Assembly: GCA_009914755.4 (NCBI GenBank)
Contig: CP068257.2
Coordinates: 26,208,001-26,272,000 of the forward strand
From: the human T2T-CHM13v2.0 reference genome, Homo sapiens
Length of the DNA stretch: 64,000 nt
Direction of reading: 5' to 3'
In this document: positions 13,583 to 25,196 of the stretch, in pieces
Numbering within the stretch: position 1 is the first letter of the stretch
Layout of the letters: each line of letters opens with the position of its first letter
The notes under the pieces: generated by a model
Seen by the model: only the letters and a program-made list of their open reading frames with translations
Database searches by the model: none
Told to the model about the DNA's origin: nothing
Translations under genes and position numbers: made by a program

Positions 13583-13812
13583 TCACATGCTTAATTTTAA
13601 ATAAGCATTAATAGTGGTAGAAATTAAGGAAATATATTAGAGAAAACTCTTAGAAATATGAAGGCTCTATCTAGTTATATTTGTTTCTTATGTATCACAT
13701 CCTCAATTTTAAATAAGAAGCATTAATAATAGTAGAAATTAAGAAAATACATTTATTAGAAAAGTCTATTAGAAATATCAAGGCTTAATCTAATTATATT
13801 TGTTTGTTAACT
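13583..13812. repeat. Local tandem duplication, two copies of about 111-119 bp
   Basis: Copy 1 reads cacatgcttaattttaaataagcattaatagtggtagaaattaaggaaatatattagagaaaactcttagaaatatgaaggctctatctagttatatttgtttcttatgtat. Copy 2 reads cacatcctcaattttaaataagaagcattaataatagtagaaattaagaaaatacatttattagaaaagtctattagaaatatcaaggcttaatctaattatatttgtttgttaactg. By eye they are about 80% identical. Confidence 0.8.
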
Positions 13813-13970
13813 GAACTTGAGACATATGAATATTCACATACTTTAAGATATTTTATCACCTATTTGAAGAGGGACTCTGGCCACTCTAAGAACAACTCGC
13901 ACATAGCAAAAACTAGTGATTGAGTACATTCTAAAGAGTAACATACATTTTGAAAGTAAGCTGTTGTTGT

Positions 13971-14284
<314 letters not shown>

Positions 14285-16380
14285 TTATTGAACTTTTTAT
14301 TATTACTTAATTACAAGAAAAAAACAAAGTAAACAACCAAAAAAATTATAGTGTTGAGAAAATGCCAAGGCTGCTCACCCACTTCTTTAACCATTCTTCA
14401 AACTTACCATATATATTTTTTTTGACTAAGTGAGATAAATCACATTGAAATGCATGAAATAATGTCTGGCATCCGGTAGATGCTCAGTGACTTTGTCCCC
14501 TTTAATGGTTTCAGCTGGCTAGGATTTCACACGAAGAACAGTAGCATTTTGGTATCACTAGGCTAACGTCCATTTTCTGTATTGGAGAGTAGAGAAACCC
14601 CTTGGGTGATAGCTTATTTTACCTACTATGGAATTTTTACAGAACAAAGTTAAGGGTCATCTGCTGTGTGGATTCCCACTGGTTACGTGAGACGTGGCAG
14701 AACATAATGGTAAGAAGAAGGATTCAGGAGCTGAACCATCTGGGTTCTTCAGGCTATATCACCTACTGCCTATGAGAGGCTTAGCCAGTTAGTTACCTTT
14801 GCGAGCTTCCTCTGGTGAGAATCAGAAGAGTTAATACATAAGGCACCAATTATAATACTAACCCTGGGATGTAAAAAGGCTGAGTTATTATTACTGGTTA
14901 CCATTATTATTAAGAGTGTTAATAATAATTACTACAGCAATCTTTTCTAGACAAGGGAAAGTGAAGCAACTAATTAACTCTCAAGGAAAAAAAGGTTTTT
15001 TTTCACTGCTAAAGACTATTAACTCTGACATGAGTTTTAGAATAGTTTTGCTTTCTCTCTCTTTGCCTATATTTTCTTTATTTTTTATTCTAATGTTTTC
15101 AATTTACTCAAGGATTTTGGTACTAGATGGTGGTTCTGGTAGGCTGATCAAAGTTCATACCACAGGCAGTTAATTTTACCCAGATGGCTCCTGGTTCCTT
15201 TCTTTTTTAAATAAATCATATCCACTGCCGAGGTTGATATGAGGACTTCTGTCCATTGGCAAGTAGCATTGTAGCCACAATCTCTTATTAAAGCTTGAAA
15301 CAAAATGGTGATTACTAGTGTTTATGGCCAAATTTTGTTCATGCCTGCCCACTGAATTTGTTTGGATACCAGGAAATTACGGACTGTGTGATTCAAATTA
15401 GGATAAGAGATTAAACCCTGGGAGCCATTCTTTAGCAAAGACTGTGCTGTTAAAAAAAATGGAAAATATCCTTTTAACCAAGTCAGTGAAATTAGCTTAG
15501 TCATGAGGATTGCAAGTGAGCTTTCTGAACTTGAGATGTAAACACAGTGCCAAAAAATTTCATCAGGAGACTGGGGAGAGATGCTGATTCTTATTTTGTG
15601 AGAGATTTGTAATGCTAACTTAATCTTCTGACTGAACCCCTTAATTTCCCATTTTTAACTATTCTAGATGCTTGTCTCAGGAAATGGAAGAAGAAGTCTC
15701 CTCAATGTTACCAGAGACATGCCATGTCATTTCTATCTTCTCGATACAACTACTTAGTTCCTTTTTTCTTTCATTTTTGCATAATTTCCATAGCAACATG
15801 TACATGGTGACTACATTACATCAATCAGCACCTCCACTCCTGGTCCCAGTTTTTTCTTTGCTAATCCTCACTGCTGACTTTTGTTGTTGTGGTTTCATTA
15901 TCATTTCACAAGGTAACTACTGTCACCTTGGAAATGAATTGCGTGGTCAAAGCCCTTTAATACACAAAATATGTAAAATCTCCTCTTATGCGTATTATAC
16001 ATGAAAGAAGGTAAGACCATCAGTTAGTTGTGTCTCCTCTGTAGAAATAGCCAGAGCACCAGGACAGCTGCATCCTCTTTCATAGAAGTAGGAGAGCAGA
16101 TGCTGAGGCAGGACACAATAGTTCTTCAGCCTGTGTTTTCTCCACTTGCATCCTAGAGCACTTGTTGAACTCTCTCTTAGGTAAATGGTAATATTTTCTG
16201 AAGGCACTAAGGGAATTTTTACCATGAGGGTAAATACCAATTAGCTATTATCTCCTCTTAGTAGGAGTGTAGCACAAAGAACTTCTGATTGATTGCTTTT
16301 CAGGGGCAGGGATAATTTGTTTGTTTGCTTGTTTATATAATTATTTATGATTTTAGTCAGATTGCATTCTAAGACTTTAG

Positions 16381-16704
<324 letters not shown>

Positions 16705-18197
16705 ACATTTTCCTATTTAAGCTTTGCCACTGAAAATTTTCTGTCTTTAAGTCCCACATAACAACTGCAGCCTGTAACATCTTGCTGACTGGCTTGACAG
16801 AGGATGGCCAATTTTTGTGTTTAGGCTCAGATGTGCAGTGCTGGGTTCTCAAATTGTGTCCCAGCCTGGGACAGTGTGGCTTTAATAACATCCTCATTAT
16901 CCATCCTTTATACAAAAAAACCTTATATCTGTATGCAAAGCCATGGGCTCTTAAGATTTTGAGTGCATCATACACGCTACAGGCAGCAGATATATGAAGG
17001 ATGTGCTTTCAGGCCAATCCCTGCCTAGTGTAGGCCCAGGTGGTATAATGCCTCATAACAGACCACATTCCCTGGGCAAAGACATTGTGAATGGTGGGAT
17101 TAGTACCCTCCTGTGACATGTGACATCCTCCTTTGACCTACTCATTATGATTTGGATAGTTCCCCTCAAGTTTGGGCTAGAGTGTCAGTGAGTGGATTAA
17201 CTCAGGACAATTCCAGTTCTTTCTATGTACCTTACTTTCATCATGAGGGATATGAAGAAAACATTAGATCATGTTGGATGCTGTTTGTCTGTTGTTTGGT
17301 TGGTTGGGTTTAACTATAAGAGCAGGTATCTAGTCTTCTAATTTTGTAAGGCTGCCATAATAATTTACATCCAAGCTGGTGGCTTAAAACAACAGATATT
17401 TATTCTCTCACAGTTGTAGAAACCAAAAGTCTGGAATCAGTGTCAGAGGACCATGTTCCTTCCAAAAGCCCTAGGGAAAAATTTTAATTCTTCCTTGCCT
17501 CTTCCAGCTTTTGGTGGCTCCAGGCGTTTCTTGGCTGATGGCAGCATAACTCCAGTCTCTACTTTTGTCTTCATATGTCATTATTCCCTACGTTTCTTTG
17601 TATTCTCCTTTTCTGTCTCTTATAAGGACACTCATTGGTGGATTTCGTGCTTATCTCAATCCAGCATGACCTCAAATTAAGATGCTAACCTTAATTACAT
17701 CTACAAAGATTCTTATGCCAAATAAAGTTACATTCTGAGATTCCAGTTGAACATATCTTTGGGGAGCCACTGTTGAACCTACTATGCCTAACAGCTCAGG
17801 CCTGTCCCAAGGGCAGATTTAAAAAGAAAGAGAAATTCATTTTGCTTTCTGATTTTGAGATTGTTCCTCTTACCCCTACACTCCATTTTCAACCCCTGAA
17901 CTTTATCAAGAAAGCTCAAAGACAAAATGTGGCCAAGGTTGGCAATAAATACATTTTTGCCAATAATCTGATGGGAAATGTATGTTACTTCTTATAAATC
18001 AAAATAAATTGGATCTGCTGGCAATCTGGTTAACCTGCAATTTAGATTATGACAATGGTGTTCTTATTTTATGCATTTTCACATGCTCCAAATCTCCTTC
18101 TGTATCCCTTTCTAAAATTTTGCTGAGAGTCCATCTTTTCTGACCAAAGGTGATTTGATTCTCCACTAAAGTAGTTATTAAAAATATCTCCTTGTAG

Positions 18198-18595
18198 ATA
18201 AAGAAAAAGTGGTTCATGTATACCACTGGAATTCTACACAGCCATAAAAAAGAACAAAATTAGGTTATTTGCAGCAAAATGGATGCATATGGAGGCCATT
18301 ATCCTAAGCAAGATAACATGGAAACAGAACCAAATACTGCATGTTCTCACTTATAAGCAGGAGCAAACTATTGGGTATTCATGGTAATAATGGTGGAAAG
18401 GATAGTCACTGGGGACTACTAGAGGATGGAAAGAGGGTGAGAGGCAAGGGCCAAAAAACTATTTTTTGGGTCTTATGCCCACTACCTCGGTGAAAGATTG
18501 ATTCATACTCCAAACCTCAACATCACTCAATATACCTTTGCAACTAACCTGCATGCATACCCCCAATTCTAAAATAAAAGTTGAAAAAAAAAAAG
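18198..18595 (+). mobile_element. L1 3' end fragment (ORF2 C-terminus plus 3' UTR), older subfamily
   Basis: The sequence reads gataaagaaaaagtggttcatgtataccactggaattctacacagccataaaaaagaacaaaattaggttatttgcagcaaaatggatgcatatggaggccattatcctaagcaagataacatggaaacagaaccaaatactgcatgttctcacttataagcaggagcaaac ... gcaactaacctgcatgcatacccc ... followed by a poly(A) stretch. This is the canonical L1 3'-end organisation. Confidence 0.85.
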
Positions 18596-21213
18596 CTTAG
18601 AAAAGAATTGAAGGAAATACAAAAATAAGTTACCATGACTACCTCTTGATGGTGAGTATGGGTAATTTTTGTTGGTTTATATTGACCCCCTATTTAGCAA
18701 AATTCCTGAAATGATCACATTAATGGGAAAATATAGTTTTTCAGTTCCTAGAAAGGTTTGCTTGGTTTGTGTTTAAAAACAAATGATTCAATGGCTCTTT
18801 TCACAGACTTGATGGTGATTTGGGAGAAAATCCAGAAATTGGTGACCTATCATGAGTTCATAATTAGGCGATTATTTCTGATAAACCATTTCAATAGCAT
18901 TAAAATGCTAAGCTGAACTAAGATGTTCATGAAATGTATTCAAATAAACAAACCCAATTTAAATATGATTGTATAAAAATATCTTACTTGAATTGATAAT
19001 ATAAATGCAAAATTTGTGAATGTTTATTTATAGTTCCTGTAATTTGGGGAAATTAAAGTCACTTGGGAACAATGTTTACTTCACTAGCAACCAAAGGAGT
19101 ACAATTGAAAAATAATGACTTGAAAATATAAAAGTTAAAAAGGACTTCATTTCTTTTCACACAGTCTGAAAGAGTGAGTGCACAAGCTTTTCTCTGCCCA
19201 ACTCCTCTTTGTCCACAACGAATTTTCAGAATTCCTCCGTGTCTGTCTTATAATTTCATTCCTTGCTCATCTAAGCAAGTTGGTTCAGAAACCCTAAGAC
19301 TCTTATACCGTCAGTTGGGTTAGTTTAAAATAACCCCTATGAGCAGTTCAACACTGAATTGGCAATGCTTTGGAAAGCAGAGACCCTGTCAGCTAACCAG
19401 CCATCCTTTAAAATCAATTCATATTCTCACAGTCCCTGGGGATTGTTTCACAGAGCTAAAATTTCGCTGTTGGAACAGGGTTGCTTGAAGATAACAGGGA
19501 CACTTGAAGGTAAGGATGTCAATATTTTGCTGTTTCTGAATGTCATTCATTCACAGATGGCTTAAGACATTTCAATTAATTCAAAGATGGCATAAGAAAT
19601 TTGGATTTTCAAACTTTAGTTTTCTCATCTTAGAGTTTGAGGTAATTTTATTTGTCAGCTGCCAGAAAATAAAAAGAACGCGTAAGGTAGCAGACTAATA
19701 TCTACACTGACCTATTGTAAAACCAGAAGGACCCATTTATTCAGCAAGAGACTTCTTTACTGTGTCTAGTTCAGGTTCCCGGAAAGATGGGACAATTCGT
19801 AGTAACACTCATTCCTTCTGCTAAGTGTCATGAGATAGGTTTAGACATACGGTCTCATTTTGATGATGTTTTAAACTTTGTTTATTTTACATAACCTGTG
19901 ATAGAGCCAGTCAATGTAGGGGCCTAAACGTCGGTATAGCCTGTAATTTTGACAGATGCCCAGATTGTGGTATTGAGAAATAGGACAGATGTCCCGAGGG
20001 GCATATGTATAGAAATAGATGACATTTCACAGAGAATTTACTAATTTAATATAATGCTGAAACAACATGTGATAGTAGTTGAACCCATAATATAGAATAC
20101 ATTTGGGGAAATTTTTCTCACATATTTGACGTGGTGCCCAGAACTATATGATGTGAAGAGTAATTGTGTGTTTTATATGGGAACACATTAGTAAAACCTC
20201 ATGTAAATCAAAATCAATCCAGATGAAAAATAATTAATAATGGTGTTTACAAACTCAAATAATACCTGCACAAGGCAATGGTATAAACAAAGTTTACAAT
20301 GCCTCCAGATGGCAATATTTGAAAGATGATTTCGAGTTTTACACACAAATCGAGAATTTATTCATATAACATATGGAGCTAACTAAAATCCATATAATTC
20401 AAATTCGCTTACATTGTAACTAAATGGAATGGAAAAGGAGTTCCTGTTCATTTTACCACTTTCAGAATAGAAAATTCTGGATCTGGTGAAAATTGATCAT
20501 TTTCCTTTTGTTTTAATTCAAGGTATAGACCCGTGTCTAAAGACATGGTTAACTGTTTAAGGAGAATAGAAGATGAAGAAGGGTTAAATGACAAGCAAGT
20601 TTTAAAAGTCTGATATCAACTAATTTTTAGGCAAGGAAGATTTAAAAATTTCACTGTGATTTGAGTGAGAAGCCCCTGATTTCTTATATCACATTGTAAG
20701 TTTAAAGAGGTAGGAATAAAAACATCATGGCTAAATCACCTGAAATGACTTCAAATTTTCTACAAATGATAAACATATCCAATGTGATAATTATAATTCA
20801 AGGCCCATTTTAATCTGACCCTAAATTTTCTTTCCCATTCTAAAAATCAATAAGCTAATCAATAAGCTCATAACATCCTACAGATTCTGCACACACACAT
20901 GCACACACACACAGAGAAACACAGTCACTTCTTCAAACACATTGTTTTTTCATTTTTCTTCACCTTTCATCTATTTATTTATTTGAGTGCCCACCTCCAA
21001 GGTAAGAGGGTTATTGAGATAATTTTATAAATGTCATGGGGCTTGCCCTCATAAAGTCTATATTCCAGAAAGGAAGTTGATAAGAAACAACCAATGGTTC
21101 AATTATTTATTAAAATTAGTTTTGATCATTATCTCTCTATCCACTATTAATCTACCTATAATCTTCTTTGCTCTTTTCCATGTTTAATGAACTCTTAGAC
21201 TTTTCTTTTAACT

Positions 21214-23628
21214 TTTATTTTAAGTTCACGAGTACAAGTGCAGGTTTGGTACATTGGTAAATTTGTGTTGTGGTGGTTTATTGTACAGATTATTTCATCA
21301 CCCTGATATTAAGCCTAATACCCACTAGTTATTTTTCCTGATCCTCTCCCTCTACCCTCTACCCTGTGAAAAGCCCCAGTGGGTGTTGTTTCCCTCTGTG
21401 TCCATGTGTGCTCATCAGTTAGCTCCCACTTATAAGTGAGAACATGTGGTATTTGGTTTTCTGTCTCTACATTAGTTGGCTAAGAATAATGGCCTCCAGC
21501 TCCATAATGTCCCTAAAAAGGACATGATCTCACTCTTTTTATGGCTGCATAGTATTCCATGATGAATATGTACCATATTTTCTTTATCCAGTCTATCACT
21601 GATGGGCATTTAGATTGATTCCATGTCTTTGCTTTGTGAATAGTGCTGCAATGAAGATATGCATGCATGTGTCTTTATAATAGAGTAATTTATATTCCTT
21701 TGGGTATTGATAAGGTTTGGCTGTTACCCCACCCAAATCTCATCTTGAATTATAGCTCCCATAATTCCCATGTGGCATGAGAGGGACCCAGTGGAAGATA
21801 ATTGAATCATGGGGGCAGGTCTTTCCCATGCTGTTCTCCTGATAGTGAATAGATCTCATGAGATCTGATGGTTTTATAAATGGGAGTTGCCCTGCACAAG
21901 TTACAAGTTCTCTCTTGCCTGCCTCCATGTAAGATGTGACTTTGATCCTCATTCTCTTTCTGCCATGATTGTGAGGCCTCCCCAGCCATGTGGAACTGTG
22001 AGTCCATTAAACCTCTTTTCTTTATAATTTACCCAGTTTCAGATACATCTTTATTAACAGCATGAGAACAGACTAGTACCGGTAATGGGATTACTGGGTT
22101 GAGTGGTATTCCTTTCTTTAGGTCTTTGAAGAATCACCACCCTGTCTTCCACAATGGATGAACTAATTTACACTCCCACCAACTGTGTATAAGCATCCCT
22201 TTTTCTCTACAACCTTGCCAGCATCTTTCATTTTTTTATTTTTGATAATAGCCATTCTGACTGGTGTTAGTATCTCATTGTGGTTTTGATTTGCATTTCT
22301 CAGAGTCTAAAATCTAGAATTAAAACTTTTAACTTGGTAAGCCTATGTTGAATGGCTACAGAGAACCTAGATAAGCAATTTTCATTTGCATTTTATCCAA
22401 AACAGGTGGCAAGAAGAAAAGTTTAAGAATTTCAGGTGGCTTGATTGGACTCTTCTTCATGGGCCCTGAGTCAAGGACCTTCTCTTCCAGTGAATTTAAG
22501 GGTTTTGTGGAACACTAGTCTTTCTTTATGAACTCTGTCCTCTTTTCTCATACGATTTATCTTTTCCATATATGGATGGAATAAAACTGCAGAAAATATA
22601 ATGAAATGGAAAACCATATATTTTTTAAAATAGAAATTTTTGAGTATTGACGTTCAAGGTTTTAATTCTAGATTAAAAAATACATTTTATTTACACACTC
22701 ATCAGTTAATGGGCGCTTGAATTATTTTCACTTTTGGTTTATTATGAATAATGCTACTATGAACATTAATGTAGAAGTATTTGTGTGAACAAATAGAACA
22801 GACATGGTCAGTTCTCTTGGGTATATTCCTACAAGTAGAATTTCTGGGTCATATGGCAGCTCTATGTTTGATTTTATGCAGAATTTCTAAACTGTTTTTC
22901 AAAGAAACTGTTTTACATTCTGAGAAGCAATGTATGAGAGTTCTAATTCTTTTACATCCTCAACAACACTTGTTATTATCTGTCTTTTTTATTATAGTTA
23001 TTCTGGTATTTGTGAAGTTTCATCTCATTATGATTGTGATTTGCATTTCCCTAATGGCTAATAACAGTCAGCATACTTTCGTGTGCCTGTTGGCCATTTG
23101 TATATCTTCCTTGGCGTAAAGTCTTTCAAATTACTTGCTCATTTTTTAATTATTTGTCTTTTGATTTTTTGGTTGTAACAGTTCCGTATATATTATGCAT
23201 AAGTCCTTATCAGATACACAATGTGAAAATATTTTAGTCCTGCTATACTTGGTTTTCCCCTTTATAAGTGGTGTATTTTGTAGATCAAAAGCCTTTAATT
23301 TTAATGAAGTCCAATTTAACAATATTTTTCTTGTGTTGCTTGTGTTTTAAGTGTCATATTGTTTGTTAAGTGTCATAGGTTTTTTAATATGAATGAGTGT
23401 GGGATTTTCTCCAAAGATTTTTCTACAACCATTGTCATGATTATCCTTTTTGATCCTTTATTTTATTAATATAAATATTTTATTAATTGATTCTCCATTG
23501 TTGAAGCGTATCTGGGATAAATCCTACTTGGTCATGCTGTGTAATCCTATTTAAAGTTACTGGGTTTAGTTTGCTAGTATTTGAGGGTTTTTTCTGTTTG
23601 CTTTGTATTTATAAGGAATATCAGACAG
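21214..23628 (-). mobile_element. Old L1 (L1M/L1PB-like) 3' portion, antisense, interrupted by a THE1B solo LTR at 21707-22079
   Basis: The antisense L1 3' UTR and ORF2 C-terminus reads ttttattttaagttcacgagtacaagtgcaggtttggtacattggtaaatttgtgttgtggtggtttattgtacagattatttcatcaccc ... gtgagaacatgtggtatttggttttctg ... ggctgcatagtattccatgatgaatatgtaccatattttctttatccagtctatcactgatgggcatttag ... tttgggtat [LTR] ccggtaatgggattactgggt ... cttccacaatggatgaactaatttacactcccaccaactgtgtataagcatccc ... tctcattgtggttttgatttgcatttctc. The flanks join exactly across the LTR relative to the L1 consensus cctttgggtatatacccagtaatgggattgctgggtc. Confidence 0.8.
21707..22079 (+). mobile_element. THE1B-like (ERVL-MaLR) solo LTR inserted into the older L1
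   Basis: The sequence reads tgataaggtttggctgttaccccacccaaatctcatcttgaattatagctcccataattcccatgtggcatgagagggacccagtggaagataattgaatcatgggggcaggtctttcccatgctgttctcctgatagtgaatagatctcatgagatctgatggttttataaatgggagttgccctgcacaag ... gccatgattgtgaggcctccccagccatgtggaactgtgagtccattaaacctcttttctttataatttacccagtttcagatacatctttattaacagcatgagaacagactagtac. It is collinear with the THE1B consensus from start to end. Confidence 0.9.
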
Positions 23629-25195
23629 TTTTTTTCAACATTTATTTTAGATTCATGGGGCATATGTGCTGCTTTGTTACTTGGATATATTGTCTGATGT
23701 TAAGGTTTGGGGTATAAGTGATCCCATTTACCAAGGTACTACACATAGTACACAAAAGCAGGTTTTTCAACCCTTGCCTCTACTCCTCCTTCACTCCACC
23801 TGCTAGCTGTACCCAGTGTCTATTTTTGCCATCTTTACGTTTATGAGTATCTAATATTTAGCTCCAATTTATAATTGAGAAAAGACTGTATTTGGTTTTC
23901 TGTTACTGCATTAATCTGCTTAGGATAATGGCCTCCAGCTACATCTGTGTTGCTGCAAAGGACATGATTTTGTTATTTTTATGGCTGTGTAGTGTTCCAT
24001 CATGTATATGTGCCATGTTTTCTTTATCCATTCCACCATTAGTGGGCACCTAGGTTGATTTCATGGCTGCTATTGTGAATAGGACTGCGAGGAACATATG
24101 AGAGCCTATGTATTATTGCTAAAACAATTTGTTTTCTTTTGGATACATAACCAGTAATGGGATTGCTGGGTCAAATCGTAATTCCCTTTTAAAGTCTTTA
24201 AAAAATCTCCAAACTACTTTCCATAGTGGCTGAACTAATTTAGATTTCCACTGAAAGTGTGCAAGCATTCCCTTTTCTCCATAGCCTTGCCAGCATCTGT
24301 TATTTTTTGATGTTTTAATAATACCCATTCTGACTGATGTGAGATGGAACCTCATTGTAGTGATTTGCATTTCTCTGATGATTAGTGATGAGAATTTTTT
24401 ATATGTTTGTAAACCACTTTTATGTCTTCTTCTGAGAGGTGTCTATTCATGTCTTTTGTTCATTTGTATTCATTGTTTTATGCTTATTAATTGGTTTAAT
24501 TTTCTTATAGATTTGGGGTATTGGGACCTTTGTTGGAAGTGTAGTTTGTGAGTATTTTATCTCATTCTGTAGGTTGCCTGTTTTCTCTGTTGATAATTTC
24601 TTTTACTGTGCAGAGCTCTTTAATTTAATTAGATCCCACTTGTCAATTTTTGTTTTGGTTGCAATTGCTTTTGAGGACTTAGTCATAAATTATTTCCCAA
24701 GGCCAATGTCCAGAATGGTGTTTCCTAGGATTCTTGTAGTTTGAGGTCTTATGTTTAAATCTTTAATCCAACCTCAGATAATTTTTTTATATGGTGAAAG
24801 GTGGGGTTGAGTTTCATTCTTCTACATATCGCTACCCAACTAGCCCAGCACCATTTATTGAATAGGGAGTAGTCTTTTCCCTGTTGGTTATTTTTCTTAA
24901 CTTTGTTAAAGATCAGATATCTGTAGGTGTGCAGCTTTATTTCTGGGTTCTCTGTTCCGTTCCATTGGTCTATGTGTTTTTGTACCAATACCATGCTGTT
25001 CTGGCACCAGCACCATGCTATTTTGGTTACTGTCACCTGATAGTATATTTTGAAGTCAGCAAACATGATGCCTCTGGCTTTGTTCTTTGTGATTAAGATT
25101 ACTTTGGCTATTTTGGCTGTTTGGAGTTTCATATGAATTATTAGTTTTTTTCTGGTTTTATAGAAGAAAAATAAACGACATGGTAGTTTGGAACT
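23629..25195 (-). mobile_element. Second L1 3' portion (L1P-like; ORF2 C-terminal half plus 3' UTR), antisense, with ORF2 reading-frame remnants
   Basis: The antisense L1 3' end reads tttattttagattcatggggcatatgtgctgctttgttacttggatatattgtctgatgttaaggtttggggtataagtgatcccatttacc ... ggctgtgtagtgttccatcatgtatatgtgccatgttttctttatccattccaccattagtgggcacctaggttgatttc ... cctcattgtagtgatttgcatttctctgatgattagtgatgagaattttttatatgtttg ... ctagcccagcaccatttattgaatagggagtagtcttttccc. Minus-strand ORFs 24119-24370 (MQITTMRFHLTSVRMGIIKTSKNNRCWQGYGEKGML ... FDPAIPLL) and 24755-25309 ([18 protein letters not shown] ... [29 protein letters not shown]) match ORF2p. Confidence 0.85.
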
Positions 25196-25196
25196 T

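Noticed and set aside
22781-23119. 112-aa plus-strand ORF
   Set aside because: It is the antisense strand of L1 ORF2 (the true ORF2p-matching frame is on the minus strand). It is a chance-open antisense frame in AT-rich L1.
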